Origin: Isurus oxyrinchus
Lineage: Eukaryota
DNA: 64,000 nucleotides
Assembly (NCBI GenBank): GCA_026770705.1
Contig: JANJGN010000008.1
Coordinates: 25,544,001-25,608,000 of the forward strand
Reading direction: 5' to 3'
The translations under genes and the position numbers were made by a program. Positions 35,430 through 48,541 of this stretch are shown in pieces. The stretch's first letter is position 1. Every line of letters begins with the position of its first letter. A model generated the notes under the pieces. The model was not told where the DNA came from. It made no database searches and worked only from the letters and a program-made list of their open reading frames with translations.

Positions 35430-35795
35430 ACCCAGTAATACATTATTTTATGTCCAATTTGTCACAGCCCTTTGATTAGGTTATAGCTTGTAAATCACCC
35501 CCAGGAGCCCTATTTTATATATTATCCATTCTGAATCTTCTGTTTAATTGCAACTTGTATATCTCTCCCAGGTATCCATTATTTTGTATATACATACAAA
35601 TGATTTCAAATCCTCAATTAGATTGCAATCTATAACTCACTCCCAGGTCCCATTATTTAATACATAAATCAAATTAATTCCTTAGTTAGATTACACCTTG
35701 TGACTTTTCATAGGTATCCATTATTTGATACATAAATCAACTGATTCTTTCATTAAGATTACAGCCTTTAATTTATTGCTAGTATCCATTAGTCA
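35430..35795 (+). repeat. Degenerate ~68-75 bp tandem repeat, about 5-6 units
   Basis: A CCAGGTATCCATTATTT-like motif recurs at ~35434, 35503, 35570, 35645, 35712 and 35780, usually followed by an ATTAGATT(G/A)CA-like motif. Confidence 0.7.
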
Positions 35796-38539
35796 TTACA
35801 TGTGTTTCTGAAATGCCCTAACCTCTTCAATTTATTTCTTGAGTTTGGTTTTAAACACTTCAATGCTATTTTGATGAAGCTGTGCATTGCTTAAACAGCT
35901 GATCTGTGCCTTGCTGTCTTTATTCGACATCTTCACCTTTACTGTTAAATGTTTCTAACGTACCATCCACATTATTGTGACAGTTGGGAGCTGCAAAGCG
36001 AGAAAGAGGATTTATGTTTGATGGATGCTTTAAACCCAGTCTATTCCCAGCATCAGAACGGATTTTCTGTCTTTAATAATTATGTCCACGAGCACTAATT
36101 GAAGTAAAGCACAACACCTCTGGGGTGCACTTAAACACTGGAACTATTTTGTGAGGGGTAAATTTATCTACTTGATCAGGGGCTACTTCATTGTTCAACT
36201 GTTTTCATTTGCAGCATGTTGGGGAGTTTAGGGCCTTGACTTAATAGTGAACAGAAGGTGTGAAGCTCTGGCAGCGACTGAAGACTTTCAAGAGCTGCAC
36301 ACTGAAGCAGATATTAAAGAGTGAAAGCAATAAAAAGAGCTGGGCATGATCATTTTCTTCAATGAACTTTTCCATCAAGTTTCAGTGAAGATTGTTATCC
36401 CCCCCAGATTAAAAAAAAAATCACTTACTGGTCCTTTCTTTCCCTTTACAGGTGTGGAAACAATGTTCTGTGAATCACTGTTAGTGAGGCTTAATGCAAG
36501 ACTGATAACTTTCACATTTCTAACAAGCAATCAAAATTCACACTCGAATCAGGCTGTCAATTACTGGCAACTTGTGTTGGTGCTGAATGTGTCAGTAATC
36601 ATCAGCTCCAACACTGATTAAATGCCAAGCCTGAAGGGTAAGGGGTTTAATCAAATCACACAAACCCTTTTTTGCTTAGTGCCCTCAGGAGACCTAGTGA
36701 TTCTTGTTATTATCCTATAGGTTCTAAAATTAAAAAAAAAGTTTGTGATAATAGCAGCTCTGTCTATCTGCTGGTGTCCATATGGTGGAAGTATTATACT
36801 GGAATCCATTTAACCAGCCCCACTCTGAGCAGTCGCCCTTTGAAGGAGTGTATGAATTTCTGCGGTATTATTGCTTCTGGGGTTGCTATTGTCTCAATTT
36901 TTACACCAGTGATTTGCAAATAAAATAGAAAATAATTAAAAAGCAGTAAAATCCAGGTGCGATTCATGCTGCCTTCAAGAAGTACCCATTTTGTTTATTG
37001 GGAGGCATTCTGCTGAAAGCTTATAATCATGTCACAGGACATCAAAACAAAATTTTTGCAAACCAAAATTTACTGATTGACACCAGCACCACTGACCCCT
37101 CCACTATTCCCCAACCCCCCGCCCCACCCACCACCCCCTCCTCAACCCACATCCACCTTTTTAATTTGCTGAACAAAACGGTACAGATAAAAAATTCCAA
37201 GCAGGTAAAACTTAAACATGTATCTGCCCATCAGCGGAGTTAAGCAAGCGCTAATCAATCGGTCTCCAGCGTATCATTCGAACATTACAGGCACAGTATT
37301 TGGCCTTTAGAGGTTTTGTTTCACAAATAGAATTCCCATGTTCCCAGCAGCCCAGGACTTACTTGTTTCACTAGTTATTTGTTCATGTATATACTTAACT
37401 TTATAGCCACACTCCCATTCTCAGAGCATTAATTGTTTTGAATGTGAGTCTACTGTACTTTTCTACATCTCTATAAGGAAATAAAAGCCCACATCTCCTC
37501 TTGGTGAAATTCATTAATGTTGGAACTGCAGTATTCAGTTTTGACTGGCTAAGGAATTTTGCAGAGAGGTAGAGATATCTGAACAATAACTGTTAATTGG
37601 ATGAACTACTTACAGATGTACCAAACTACAGGCATTAATCAGTCTAAGCCATGGGCTTTCTCCTTCTAGGCTCTTAGGGCAGATTCGCCTGGTTCCGTTG
37701 GCGGTGGGTGTCATGGGGGGCATGAATGGACAGTATGGCGAGAAGGCCAAAAATTGGTTTTACACCATCGTGAAACCAGTTTGCAATTGTCCACTTCATG
37801 CATCAATTGCAGGCCGCGTTTCCTGCCACTGCACCTCAGGAATCTAATTTCAATACTTTAACAAATAATTATGAGCTAATCGCCCCAGAATCATACGCCC
37901 ATGTCAAATTTACTGTCCACGCCGGTGTGCCTTCAGAACAGCGTGCACCCTTGAGTTGAATGTCATGGGGTACTCAGAGGTGAGTGCACACGAGCACCAC
38001 CAGTCGGACATTAAGGAAGAGACACCGCGCATTCGGGGGCATGGCACATGCAAGTCACTTCTTCCCGGCTGGTTTTCAATGTGGTGCCAATGCAAGGGCT
38101 CCAGTGCAGGTGAGACTGGTGGATGGTGAATGACAGCACAGACTGAAGGAAGTACAGAAGCACATGTCAGGTTGCAATGGTAACAGTGGTGGTGATGGGG
38201 GTGGTGGTGGTGGGGGGGGGGGGTGGTTTGGTGGGGCGGGCAAGGGAGTGGGTGGTGAGGGAAGTGGGTGCACGAAAAATAACTCAAAAGTGAGCATTTA
38301 GCAGTAGCTATATTGACATGCTTAGAGTCAGGCCTCTGAATAGTTCCTGCCCACTAAAGCAACACAAAAGCATGAATGTACCACTAAATGCTCCAAAACT
38401 TTACACCCCTTGGGCACAGGCTGCAAATTAATATGCATTTTAGGGGAAACAGAACAATTGGACAACTGGGCAAGTTGTAGAATCCCCTTGCAAAGATGGC
38501 CATCGTGCAATCACTGGTGGAGGCACACAGACCCCCATG

Positions 38540-39663
38540 CATTGTCTTTATTAAGGTTTGGACCAGTATCCCTCAGCCTTGCAGTGTGGGTTAGGAGAAT
38601 GCCTGCATCTGAGCTGAGAGCACAGCATGCAGTTCATTGGGCAAAGCTGCTGCCAATCGGTCAAGTGGAGTGGGGCAGAGAGGGGTGGGACAGCCAAGGA
38701 GTGCACAACACACTGACCATCCAAGTGGCAGCCAGCACTCTCCTGCATGCATGAAGGGGCCTTCAGACATGGACGGCATCCACTGCCAGTGACCATGCAA
38801 GTGACAGTGGTGCTCAATTTTTACTCCACTGGCTCTTTCCAGGGCTCCACATCCCTGTGAGGGATCTTGCAAGCCTCCATGCACAAGCACATCCAGGAGG
38901 TCACACACGCCATCTTCGTGAAGGCACAGAACTTGGTGTATTTTGCCGGCTCCAAAAAGTCAGGAAGAAAGAGCGCTGGGATTTGCACAGATCTCAGGTT
39001 TCACACAGGTGCAGGGTGCCATTAACTGCATTCATGTGGCGCGTAGATCCCCATGGCAACAAGCAGTCAACTACATCAGCTGCAAGGATTTCCACCTGCT
39101 GAAAATTCAGCTGGTGTGCAACCACCACAAATGCGTCCTACAGGCCTGTTCATGATTCCCAGGGACCGTCCACAACTTCTACATCCTTAGCAGGTCTCAG
39201 ATCCCTTACATCTTCTCGTGTCCACAGAGGCTGCAGGGCTGGCTCCTCAGGGTCAAAGGCTACCCACAGAGGATGTGGCTGATGACGCCCATGTGGCAGT
39301 CTCAGGCTGCAGCAGAGTGATGGTATAAAGAGGCTCACGCTGTGACCCAGGCTTTGGTGGAGCAAACGATAGGCATCTTGAAAATGAGGTTCCGGTGCCT
39401 CAGCAGGTCCAGTGGAGCACTGTAATACAGTCGACCGTGATGTCGCGCATCATAGTAGCTTGTTGCATGCTACAAAACCTGGTGCTGCAATGGTGGGGGA
39501 GGACCTGGTTGAGGAGGAGATGATAGAGCTGAATGTCTCCTTTAATAAGGAAGACATCAAAGGGGATGACGGTGATGAGGCCATCCCACTAGCCAGACGA
39601 GGCAGGCACACTTGGGAGGTGATCAAGGCCACAAGGTTCCTAGATGTTGATGAGCTGCAGTGA
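38540..39663 (+). pseudogene. Harbinger DDE transposase (HARBI1-like), disrupted
   Basis: PLPVTMQVTVVLNFYSTGSFQ, GFTQVQGAINCIHV...CKDFHLLKIQLVCNH...FPGTVHN, GWLLRVKGYPQRMWLMTP, VEQTIGILKMRFRCL. Confidence 0.9.
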
Positions 39664-40229
39664 GGGCAGTCCTGACATCCTCCCGTTGCATCTATGAACG
39701 TTTGACTCCTGTGTGGCTGATGAGCACACATACTCTCAGTGCTCAGGCTCATGTCATGGAGGCCATTATTGTCGCTAGAGAGAGGGATTGTGTGTTGCAG
39801 GGTCCTCACATGGGTGTTCGCCATCGACCTTACCGTTGCCACAGGAACAGTCAACATCCTCTCCGGCCAGATCCAATGTGCAGCTCTCGAACGGAGTGAG
39901 GACCTTGATGTCCTGCACTCCACCTCTGGTCTGGGACTGATCCTGTTGATTGTGTGCGATCTTGTCCTGCATAAAGGCAGATGGAGAGAGTGTGAGTAAG
40001 GCACATTACCAGACCAAATTAGAAGGATGCCAGATGTGCACGTGTGCTGAGTGAAGCCTTGGATGGCATGAGGAGGTGATTTCCAGAGGTGATGAAGCCA
40101 GATTGAGATTTGAGGGTGTGTGTGAGAGAGTGAGAGGTGATGCCCCTTTAGCTGGCAGTGAGTGAGGTGCCAATGAATGTGTGATGGGCTTGTGAGTTGA
40201 AATTGAAATTGATGAGATGGTTGACTTAC

Positions 40230-40470
40230 CCTGGTGGCACAGATAAGAAAATTTGTCTGTTTTCTGCACTGGATGGCTGACCTCTTGTGTGCAGTTTGTT
40301 ACTGATCACCTCTGCCACTGCCCCCCAAGATGGAGTGGTGAGACAGATGGGCCTCCTATGGTTAGAGCAGGGGTATAGGATTTTAAGGTATGCCGTCATG
40401 GCATCCAGAAGCTGTCCCAGGCATGCGTCACTGAATCGGGGGCTACACTCTTCCTGGCTTTCAGAGTCAT
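40230..40470 (-). pseudogene. Harbinger Myb/SANT-like DNA-binding protein, first exon
   Basis: MTLKARKSVAP-FSDACLGQLLDA...WGAVAEVIS...KRSAIQCRKQ (frameshifted), followed by a GTAAGT donor at 40224-40229. Confidence 0.8.
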
Positions 40471-41474
40471 GACTTCAACAGAGCAGCCCTGGGCTGCAAG
40501 CATTGAGAATCATGCACGTGACTGCAGTTTAAATGTGGCGTCTGGCATGAGGAAGCGGAGAGGTAATGGCATGGCACGCCAATCGGAGGCCTGTTGCCAG
40601 TGATCCGGCGTGTTTTCCATGATGGCATAATTTATAAGGAAGGGGATGATATGGCACGAAAACCCACCATTGTGTCCAGTGGGTAAAATGTCTTTTCTCG
40701 CACCGGCTACTGCACTTAGTGCTATTCTGGGACAATGCTGCCCTTAGTCATGTGACTCTTACATCATCATGTGGGCGGGAATGTTTCTCCAGTCCCACAC
40801 ATCAAATCTTTCAGCCCTGAACGTGCCAATACTACATTTCCCCCAAGTCTGCATCCATATATATTTACATTTATATTTACATGCTACCCCTCTCCCCCAC
40901 AAGTCTCTGACTTCATAGATTTAAGCGGTGCTGAGGTTTCATGACCCTCCCTGATCTTTTCCTTGTGAGGTTTAGAAGATTGGTAGTCTCCCTTTGGAAT
41001 TCTTTGCTTTGACTTGGTTGGTCTTCTGTAAGAGTTGCAGTATTTGATGCATTTTCAGTTTGACTGTCAGTATCTGGTTGTCCCAGATGTATAATGGAAG
41101 GTTCTGTAACATGGATCTAGACTTGATCTTTTTCCTCCTCTCCTTGCTGTTGTACTCTCAATCCATTGTTTCTCTCTCATGGTCAGATTTTGTGGGTTTA
41201 TCTGTTTCCTTATGTTCACTATGTTCCCCATCATTGTTTGTTGAGTTGACCCTGGTTCCTTTGGATGGTTTCGTGAGCGGTTCTTTTTGTCTGGAGCAAT
41301 GACTCCTTGTAGCTTCTGGTTTGTAAAACCTTGGGGAATCCTGGATTACTGCCTCCAGAGCTAGTAGCTTAAGCAGGACAGGAAACTGTGAGGAAAGCAT
41401 TTGATCAACATCTTGCTGTCCCTCAAATTCCAGTAATCCCAATGTAGCAGGAAGGTCAGTATCCTTCCATGTGG

Positions 41475-42225
41475 AAGAGCTTGACACCATCCAGGACAAA
41501 GCAGCCCGCTTGATTTTTTAAAAATTCATTCATGGGATGTGGGCTTCACTGGCTAGCCTAGCATTTATTGCCCACCCCAATTGCCCTTGAGAAGGTGATG
41601 ATGAGCTGCCTTCTTGAACCGCTACAGTCCATGTGGTGTAGGTACACCCACAGTGCTGTTAGGAAATGAGTTGCAGGATTTTGACCCAGTGATAGTGAAG
41701 GAACGATGATATAGTTCCAAGTCAGGATGGTGACTGACTTGGAGGGGAACTTCCAGGTGGTGGTGTTCCCAAGTATCTGCTACCCTTGTCCTTATAAATG
41801 GTAGTGGTCATGGGTTTGGAAGGTGCTGTCGAAGGAGCCTTGGCACCCACCCACAAATATTCACTCCCTCCACCATCGACACACAGTGGCAGCAGTATGT
41901 ACCATCTACAAGATGCACTGCCGAACCTCACAAAGGCTCCTTAGGCAGCACCTTCCAAACCCATGACCACTACCATCTAGTAGGACAAAACACCACTATG
42001 TGGAAGTTCCCCTCTTAAGCCACTCACCATCCTGACTTGGAAATATATCATTGTTCCTTCACCGTCACTGGGTCAAAATCCTTGAACTTCCTCCCTAACA
42101 GCACTGTGGGTGTACCTATACCACAGGGGCTGCAGCGGTTCAAGAAAGCACCTTCTCAAGGGCAATTAGGGATGGGCAATAAAAGCTGGCAAAGCCACTG
42201 ATGCCCACATCCCATAAATGAATTC
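41475..42225. mobile_element. LINE (CR1/L2-group) 3' end with an inverted copy of the same family inserted inside it
   Basis: Plus copy at 41475-41515 and 41842-42225. Minus copy at ~41520-41841 is the reverse complement of ~41931-42224. Confidence 0.8.
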
Positions 42226-42378
42226 CAAAATAAAAGGTGAACATTGGCCGGTTCAGTTCTGTTTCTGGGCCTGGACTTGTTTGACTGACTGCTTGGATCC
42301 TGGACTACCACTTCTGGTGGATGGATATGCACTTATCAAGTGTTCACCACTGTCAGGTGAATGTGGAATTGTAACAGT

Positions 42379-42870
42379 AGCTGGAATTCTCCGTTCCCGT
42401 AGGCAGTGGGCATCATGGCAGATGGGTGGGGTGGGGGCAGAATTCAGCAGGAGGGGCAGAAATCGGTAGCGTGAAACCACAATTGGATCACCTGCTGGTA
42501 TCCGCCATGGCAGATCACAAATTGCGCTGGAGGCTGGTGTGAACCCGATTTGCATCCCACGAATAGGATGCAAAGTAAGGCCCGACCGGATCATTCCCCT
42601 CCCCAACGCCTGATACATCATTATGCTGGCAAAAAACACGCTGGCCCAGAACACGTCTGGACAAACGTGACACACAGAAGTCAGGTCTTAGATTTAGGGT
42701 CTTGCTCGGACCTCAGACATCCAAGGAAGAGAAGGTGCTGGAGCCCGGCAGCTACCGGAACCTCAAGGAACACGTGCATTGCATGCTGGGTGGATCCTCA
42801 TGCACATGGCTCTGCCGCAAAGCAGCTTTCAGAAGGTGGGAGGTCTCCAGGCAGCAGCTTCAACTTTGCT
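42379..42870. mobile_element. Truncated Harbinger-like non-autonomous fragment
   Basis: Begins AGCTGGAATTCTCC (TIR-like) and is GC-rich. No second TIR seen. Confidence 0.35.
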
Positions 42871-43041
42871 GAGGATTCAGACAATCAAAGTCATCAGAAG
42901 ATTTGGACAGTTTGAGGGGCCCTGGTTTGGCATAATCGATAAATGTCAGCTCCTTGACATCTTCTGCTGCTTTGATGAGGTTGAGGTCGACAGGTGCAGT
43001 TCAGCTCAGAAGAGAGAATTCCTGATTGCGAATAACACATA

Positions 43042-43753
43042 GGGCAGAATTTTGCCGTCAAAGAGGAGGGGGCGGGGCCCGCTCGCCGAAGTGTAAAATG
43101 ATGCGGGATGACATTGGGCGGAACCCCCGATGTCATCCCACCTCATTTAAATTTTCAGGAAGGCGGAGGTGCAGCAAAATCAGCTGTGCGCCCGCCGACC
43201 TGTCAATGGCCAACTGAGGCCATTGACAGGATCATTTAAACAATTAAAGGACCTGCCCGTCCAACCTTAAGATTGGCAGGCAGACCGGGAGCCCCGGCGG
43301 CAAATAGAGAATACATGAAACCTCATCCACCGGCGGGATGAGGTTCCATGCAGGGTTTTAAAACGTTTAATAAAGGTATAGTGTAAATTATGAACATGTC
43401 CCATCTCATGTGACATTGTCACATGTGGGGACATGTTAGGGATTTTTATTTTCTATTTTTAGTCTTTTTCAAAGTGGAAGTGATCTCCCTGAGGCTGCAC
43501 TTAGCCTCAGGGAGATGTGTGCCCTTTTGTACGCATGCGCAAAATAGCACACTCTCGCTTTTGGGGAATCCCCTCACCTGCACAGGGAGTGCAGAGCGCT
43601 TCCCACCGGACGTCACGCTGGGCGGACCTTAATTGGCCCACCCACGTAAAATGGCAGCAGGGCCTGCTTCTCCGGCAGGGATCAGCTCCCCGCACGCCGA
43701 AAATTGGGTTGGGCCCACGCGCCCGCCTGCCCGACAGCCAGAAAATTCTGCCC
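43042..43753. mobile_element. Harbinger-like MITE (subfamily B, reverse orientation)
   Basis: TIRs GGGCAGAATTTT / AAAATTCTGCCC and TSD ATA. Confidence 0.92.
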
Positions 43754-43805
43754 ATAATGTTTCCAGTATCAGTTTGCTCTTCCATTGACATAAATATCTG
43801 CAGTC

Positions 43806-44050
43806 CATAAGACCATAAGACATAGGAACAGAAATTAGGCCATTCGGCCCATCGTGTCTGCTCTGCCATTCAATCATGGCTGATAAGTTTCTCAACCCCA
43901 CTCTCCCACCTTCTCCCCATAACCTTTGATCCCCTTACTAATCAAGAACCTATCTATCTCGGTCTTAAATGCACTCAATGACCTGGCCCCCACAGCCTTC
44001 AGTGGCAATTAATTCCATAGATTCACCACTCTCTGGCTAAAGAAATTTCA
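43806..44050 (-). mobile_element. CR1 LINE 3'-end fragment
   Basis: CATAAGAC-type tandem tail followed by AGGCCATTCGGCCC...AACCTTTGATCCCC, the same type as 4331-4542. Confidence 0.8.
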
Positions 44051-44199
44051 GCCCAGAAAGTGTATCTTGGAACTTTGATCCCACCTAGGAAACATTGTTG
44101 TTCTTTTTGTTGAGTCTCCTCTATTCCATTGATGGCCTTGATTCTCTTGACAAGATTCTCTTATATTCTTCTTTGCATCTAGAGGTTTTAGTTCTGCTC

Positions 44200-45222
44200 A
44201 TCTATCCAAAGTGTCCCAGCCTTTTACAATGAAAGCATCCTGCAGTACTTGCAGGACACTGCTCATACCTGTCAGGCTTTTTGCAACAGCGCTGGCATCC
44301 TGGAGAAGAAGCACCCGCAAATGTGCCAACCGTTTCGAACGTCTCCAACAGGCCCATGTAGAGGCCAAGCACAAATCGCAGAAGGAGCATACCAAAATCC
44401 GAACACTCCACCCAACGGCCTCATCAAACATTGCTCCACCTGCAGCAGACTGTGCAGATCCAGTATGGGACTTTCTCGTCACCTTAGGACCCACAACCCT
44501 GGAGTGGAAGGAAGTCATCCTTGGTCCCAAGGACTGCCGAAAAGAGAGAGAAGAGGTTTACTGACTTCTTGAGCTTTGTTTCATAAGCCCTTTTTTGTCC
44601 AGGAGCGTCTTTGGCATTATTTTGTTTAATAAGCTGTACCATCATTGGGGATTTTCTGAACCATGGTTTGCGTCCTCCCCCCCCTCTTAGTATGGGTCTG
44701 TTTTTCTGATGGATCCCTGATTGTCTGACTGACTGTATCACCATCTCCAAAGTTAAGCCTGCTTTGGATTGCAGTAGGTTAGAAAGGCTGTGTTTGGTTA
44801 CGCTGACTACGAAACGGTCTCATATCAGCTCAAATTTAAGATGGCCATATTCACAACCTTCAGTAAAATGATACAGGTCATTGATAAAGGTATTGATGGG
44901 TTCACCAGGTTTCTGAACCTTTTGTTAAGATTAGCGCTTTCTAATATCTTGTTACCCTGTAAATTAAAATAATTATCAAAAGTTCCTAAGACCTCTATGA
45001 ATTTGTCTGAAGTTTCATTAATGCTTTACCTTGCTATCACATCATCAGCAACTGCATCAATAGAGTACAATAATGTATTGATTGGTTCAGCCTCTGACTA
45101 ATTATTTAATCCGAATGCAAATCTAAATCTTGAAAATCTCTTCCACCATTGCGCCCAATTCTGTGTCTGATCTGGTCTTTCCATGTGCCCAAATCAGTCT
45201 ACCAAGGTGACTTTAGAATCCA
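44200..45222 (-). pseudogene. Element C gag remnant
   Basis: QNWAQWWKRFSRFRFAFGLNN*SEAEPINTLLYSI, and the knuckle CPASTAGCFHCKRLGHF at 44202-44310. Interrupted by an RTE fragment. Confidence 0.8.
44300..44552 (+). mobile_element. RTE-type LINE 3'-end fragment
   Basis: C-terminal C2H2 motif CSTCSRLCRSSMGLSRHLRTH, then a short 3' UTR with a GA-rich tail. Confidence 0.7.
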
Positions 45223-48200
45223 TAGCTATTTTAAGCTCTTAGTCTTTTTAAACTTCTGTTGCAATAATGGGGTCTTCCCACGCTGATCACTGATACCCAC
45301 TGTAGCCTTTGGCCCTTTTTGGTAATTGTTCCTAAACCTTGTGACTTTTTAAAAGAATTGCTACAAGTGACTATTAATCTCTAGATTTTAAGAAGCTGAT
45401 TTATTTTCTCTCTCAAATGCTGCTATATGGCTGTCAGGTGTAATGGCACTGACTTCAGAACCGGCCTGTGGGATGTATCCATACACATGCTTGTTAAAAT
45501 AGAACTCTCTCAATGCTGCCTGCTTACTACACCATAAATTTGAAGCTCTTAATCCTTTTTCAAGGTTTGCACACCCTTCCTCGATCGGCGCCAGGTTCTT
45601 TGGTCTGGTTTCTTCATAGACCACATTCTATGGTGTAGCCCTTAATAAGCTAAACAGTTGATTTCTTCCCTGCCTCTCAGCCTCCACATCCTCTATGGAA
45701 CTCTTCTGGTGATTTTTCAGCTGTCTTACCCAAGTCTTCTGTTTTGGCATCTTTTTTTCAGATCAAACTTGCAAACTTTTTTTTTAACGTTGATTTTCTG
45801 AGATTTCGGGGTCCTTCTTTGCTGCCACCATCTTGCATGCTGGTTTTGACCACCTAAGGAAGGTTCCGGAGACATGGAGATATCTGAACAATTACTGTTT
45901 ACTGGATGAACATTACTTACAGATGTACAAGGCTGCAGTCTAAACCATGGGCTTTCTCCTTCTGCACTGTTGGTCATGTGACTCTCTCTTACATCATCAT
46001 GTGGTGGATACTGTTTCTTCAGTCCCACAAATTAACTCTTTCTGCCCTGAACACCACAATGTTACAGTAACTATTTCTCAAATCCATTGATTAGCATTTA
46101 TGCTGAATTGTTCATTTCCATCAATGGTACCTGTGTTTTTCAGCAGTTTAAGGATCTGGATTGTGTATATCCTCATTCTTTATGCCAGTGAGAAAAGATC
46201 CAATTCTATTTGGTCTGTCCTAACACCTTGGCATTTATAGTGTCAAGAGGCTTTGCCCCTTTATTTTTGAAAGTAAGATTTTTCAACTTTCAGCTGACTA
46301 GAAATTTTGCAATTCGAAATGAGACCGGAGAGACTCCTTAAAATTTCAATGCCAAAACTCAAAGTGGAGTAGAAAAACAAATGAGTCACCATCAAGGGAA
46401 TGCAAAGGATGAGACATTAAAATGCTAAGCGCTGGATATTGAAACAATGGCTGCCACAGACAGACCCCCCGAAAACCTGTGGGAAATACACAATGGGTGA
46501 CGTACAACAGGCCAAGCTGCCGCCACTACAGACAGATTGCAAGAATGGTTTCAACAGAGGAAACAGGCTGAAAGCTGGGCTTGCTCTCTTTCTCTCTCAG
46601 TTTTGGAAAACATGCATTGCCTGGTTCGGAAGGCAACTTTACTAGAAATCTACCAGCAAACTGAGATCTCGTAATAATTGCAACACCTTCTACATCTGAC
46701 CCATGCACAAAAGCAGCTAATCCAAATTGGCCGCAACATTCGAAAGTCTACGCTTCAAGGACAATCAAAGGGCATTTTATGTGTGCAGACCCGAATGACT
46801 GCATGAATGCTTGATGTCGCATTTTTATTATTTTTGGGGGGTTTAGTGGTTAATAAATTTGCTCTTTGTTTCACCCAAGAAAACCTTGCTTGATTGGCTG
46901 CTTATTGCTCACAGTTTAAATAGTTAAATACATTTGGATTCGGAAAAGGCACATCCTTGTGAAAAATAAACTTAAATCTTTGTTGTCACCGATCGAGGAG
47001 ATTGAACAGATGGGAGTCAGTTCAACCGTTCTCACCTGGTCATAATGAAAATGTGGGCTCATGTCTGCAATTTGTTCCCACAGACTGATAAATGAATTGG
47101 CGTGGGGAAAGTAAATTGTTCCTTCAAAGGCAGTTTTCTTGGGCCTGTCACGCTGAATTGTAAGAACGTCAATGTTTTCATAGAGCAAGATGAGATAACT
47201 GGTGAGATGTTAAGGGCATTGCCCTTGGAAGGATTGAAAGGTGTAGCTAGGCACTTAGAGGTGGAGTTCTGTCCAGAAGCCAGAAATGTTAAATTGGATG
47301 GTGAAACATCTAAAGGTTGAAATCAAGGACAAGAAAACAAGTAAATTAGTGGCAGAAAAATTAAGATTGCAGCAGAGGAAATTGGAACTGGAATTTTAGG
47401 AAAGGGAAAAAGAGAATGTGAGGCAGGAAGGGAAGGAGGAGAGAAAAATCCAGGAGAGAGAATTCCTGGAAAGAGAAATGGCGAGGGAGTTTAAATTTAA
47501 ACAGCTCAAGCTGAGAAGGGAGGATTCCACTGTGTCCATTGAAGGGACTCTTCACAGTCTTAAGGGCTGAGGTATTCCAGTTTGCACATATATACCCAAA
47601 GTTTGATGAAGAAGAAGTGGACAACTTCTTTATCTTGCTCAAAAGGGTAACACGGCAGGTAAAATGGCCAGTCCAACACTGATCCCTGCTATTGCAGAGC
47701 AAGCTGACAGGAAAAGCTGAAGAGGTTTACTCCCTCTCACCCGAAGAAAGTGAAACAAGCCATGAGGCAGCAAAAAGAGCTGTTTTTAAGTGCATGCCAG
47801 TTAGTGCAGGAAGTGTATCGTCAGAAATTCTGTACCTTCAGGAAAAGGCCTGACTAGATGTACTTGGAATTTGAATAGCGTAACAGCTTGCTTTTGACCG
47901 GTGAATATGGGCACTTAAAATTAAGGCCACCAATGAAAACCTTCGTGACATAATTCTCCTTGAGGAGTTCAAAACCTCCATACCCTTCCCGAAAAAAACA
48001 TACAAAGAGGAGCAGAGAGCAACAGGGGTCGGGCAGGCAGCAACTCTAGCTGATGAGTACAAACTTATCCACAAACCCTTATCTCAAACGAAACCCTTCC
48101 CTAATTACCCCCAACCAACTGAGAAAGATAGAAGGTAGGAGAGTGATAGGAAACTGAGCACCCCTGGGAGAGATGAGACAGCTAGAAACAAAAGGGACCA

Positions 48201-48541
48201 GTGTCAGGCCAGAAATGATGGTGCTGAGGAGAAGAGTGAGGCCAAGAATCCTCTATGTTTTAACTGCCACAAGGCAGGACACAACTGTGCTGATTGTTGG
48301 ATGTTATAGGAAAAACCTATGGGATTTATTGGAGCACACAAACCCCACACAGAAAATGGGAGTCAGACAGAGAGCATAGCAGATCAGGCAATGTCTTTGA
48401 CTACAGCAGCAAATCCCTGATGGTGCATTATTCTGAGTACAGGTGAGTTTGAAAAAATCCCTGAGGGTTACAAGGGTTTTGTACCAAAAGGAAGAATGAC
48501 CATGTTTCCCCAGAGCAAGGTGAGTGAGCCTATAGTGATAC

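Larger units (their letters stand above)
37677..40743. mobile_element. PIF/Harbinger DNA transposon (autonomous architecture, decayed)
   Basis: Termini GGGCAG...CTGCCC with the canonical TTA TSD. Convergent DDE transposase (+) and Myb/SANT (-) remnants. Confidence 0.9.
37527..46066 (-). mobile_element. Ty3/Gypsy LTR element C (gag and protease only), heavily invaded
   Basis: 5' LTR at 45831-46066. 3' LTR split into 37527-37676 and 40744-40836 by the Harbinger. TSD GGAAC/GTAAC. PBS TGGTGGCAGC at 45821-45830, PPT at 40837-40848. Confidence 0.85.

Noticed and set aside
38540-39663. Domesticated host HARBI1 gene
   Set aside because: It has stops and frameshifts, degenerate catalytic residues, and is bounded by TIRs and a TTA TSD, so it is a transposon copy.
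39450-40004. 184-aa minus-strand ORF within the Harbinger
   Set aside because: It overlaps the transposase end antisense and has no identifiable domain. It may partly be a downstream exon of the Myb gene, but I cannot support that.
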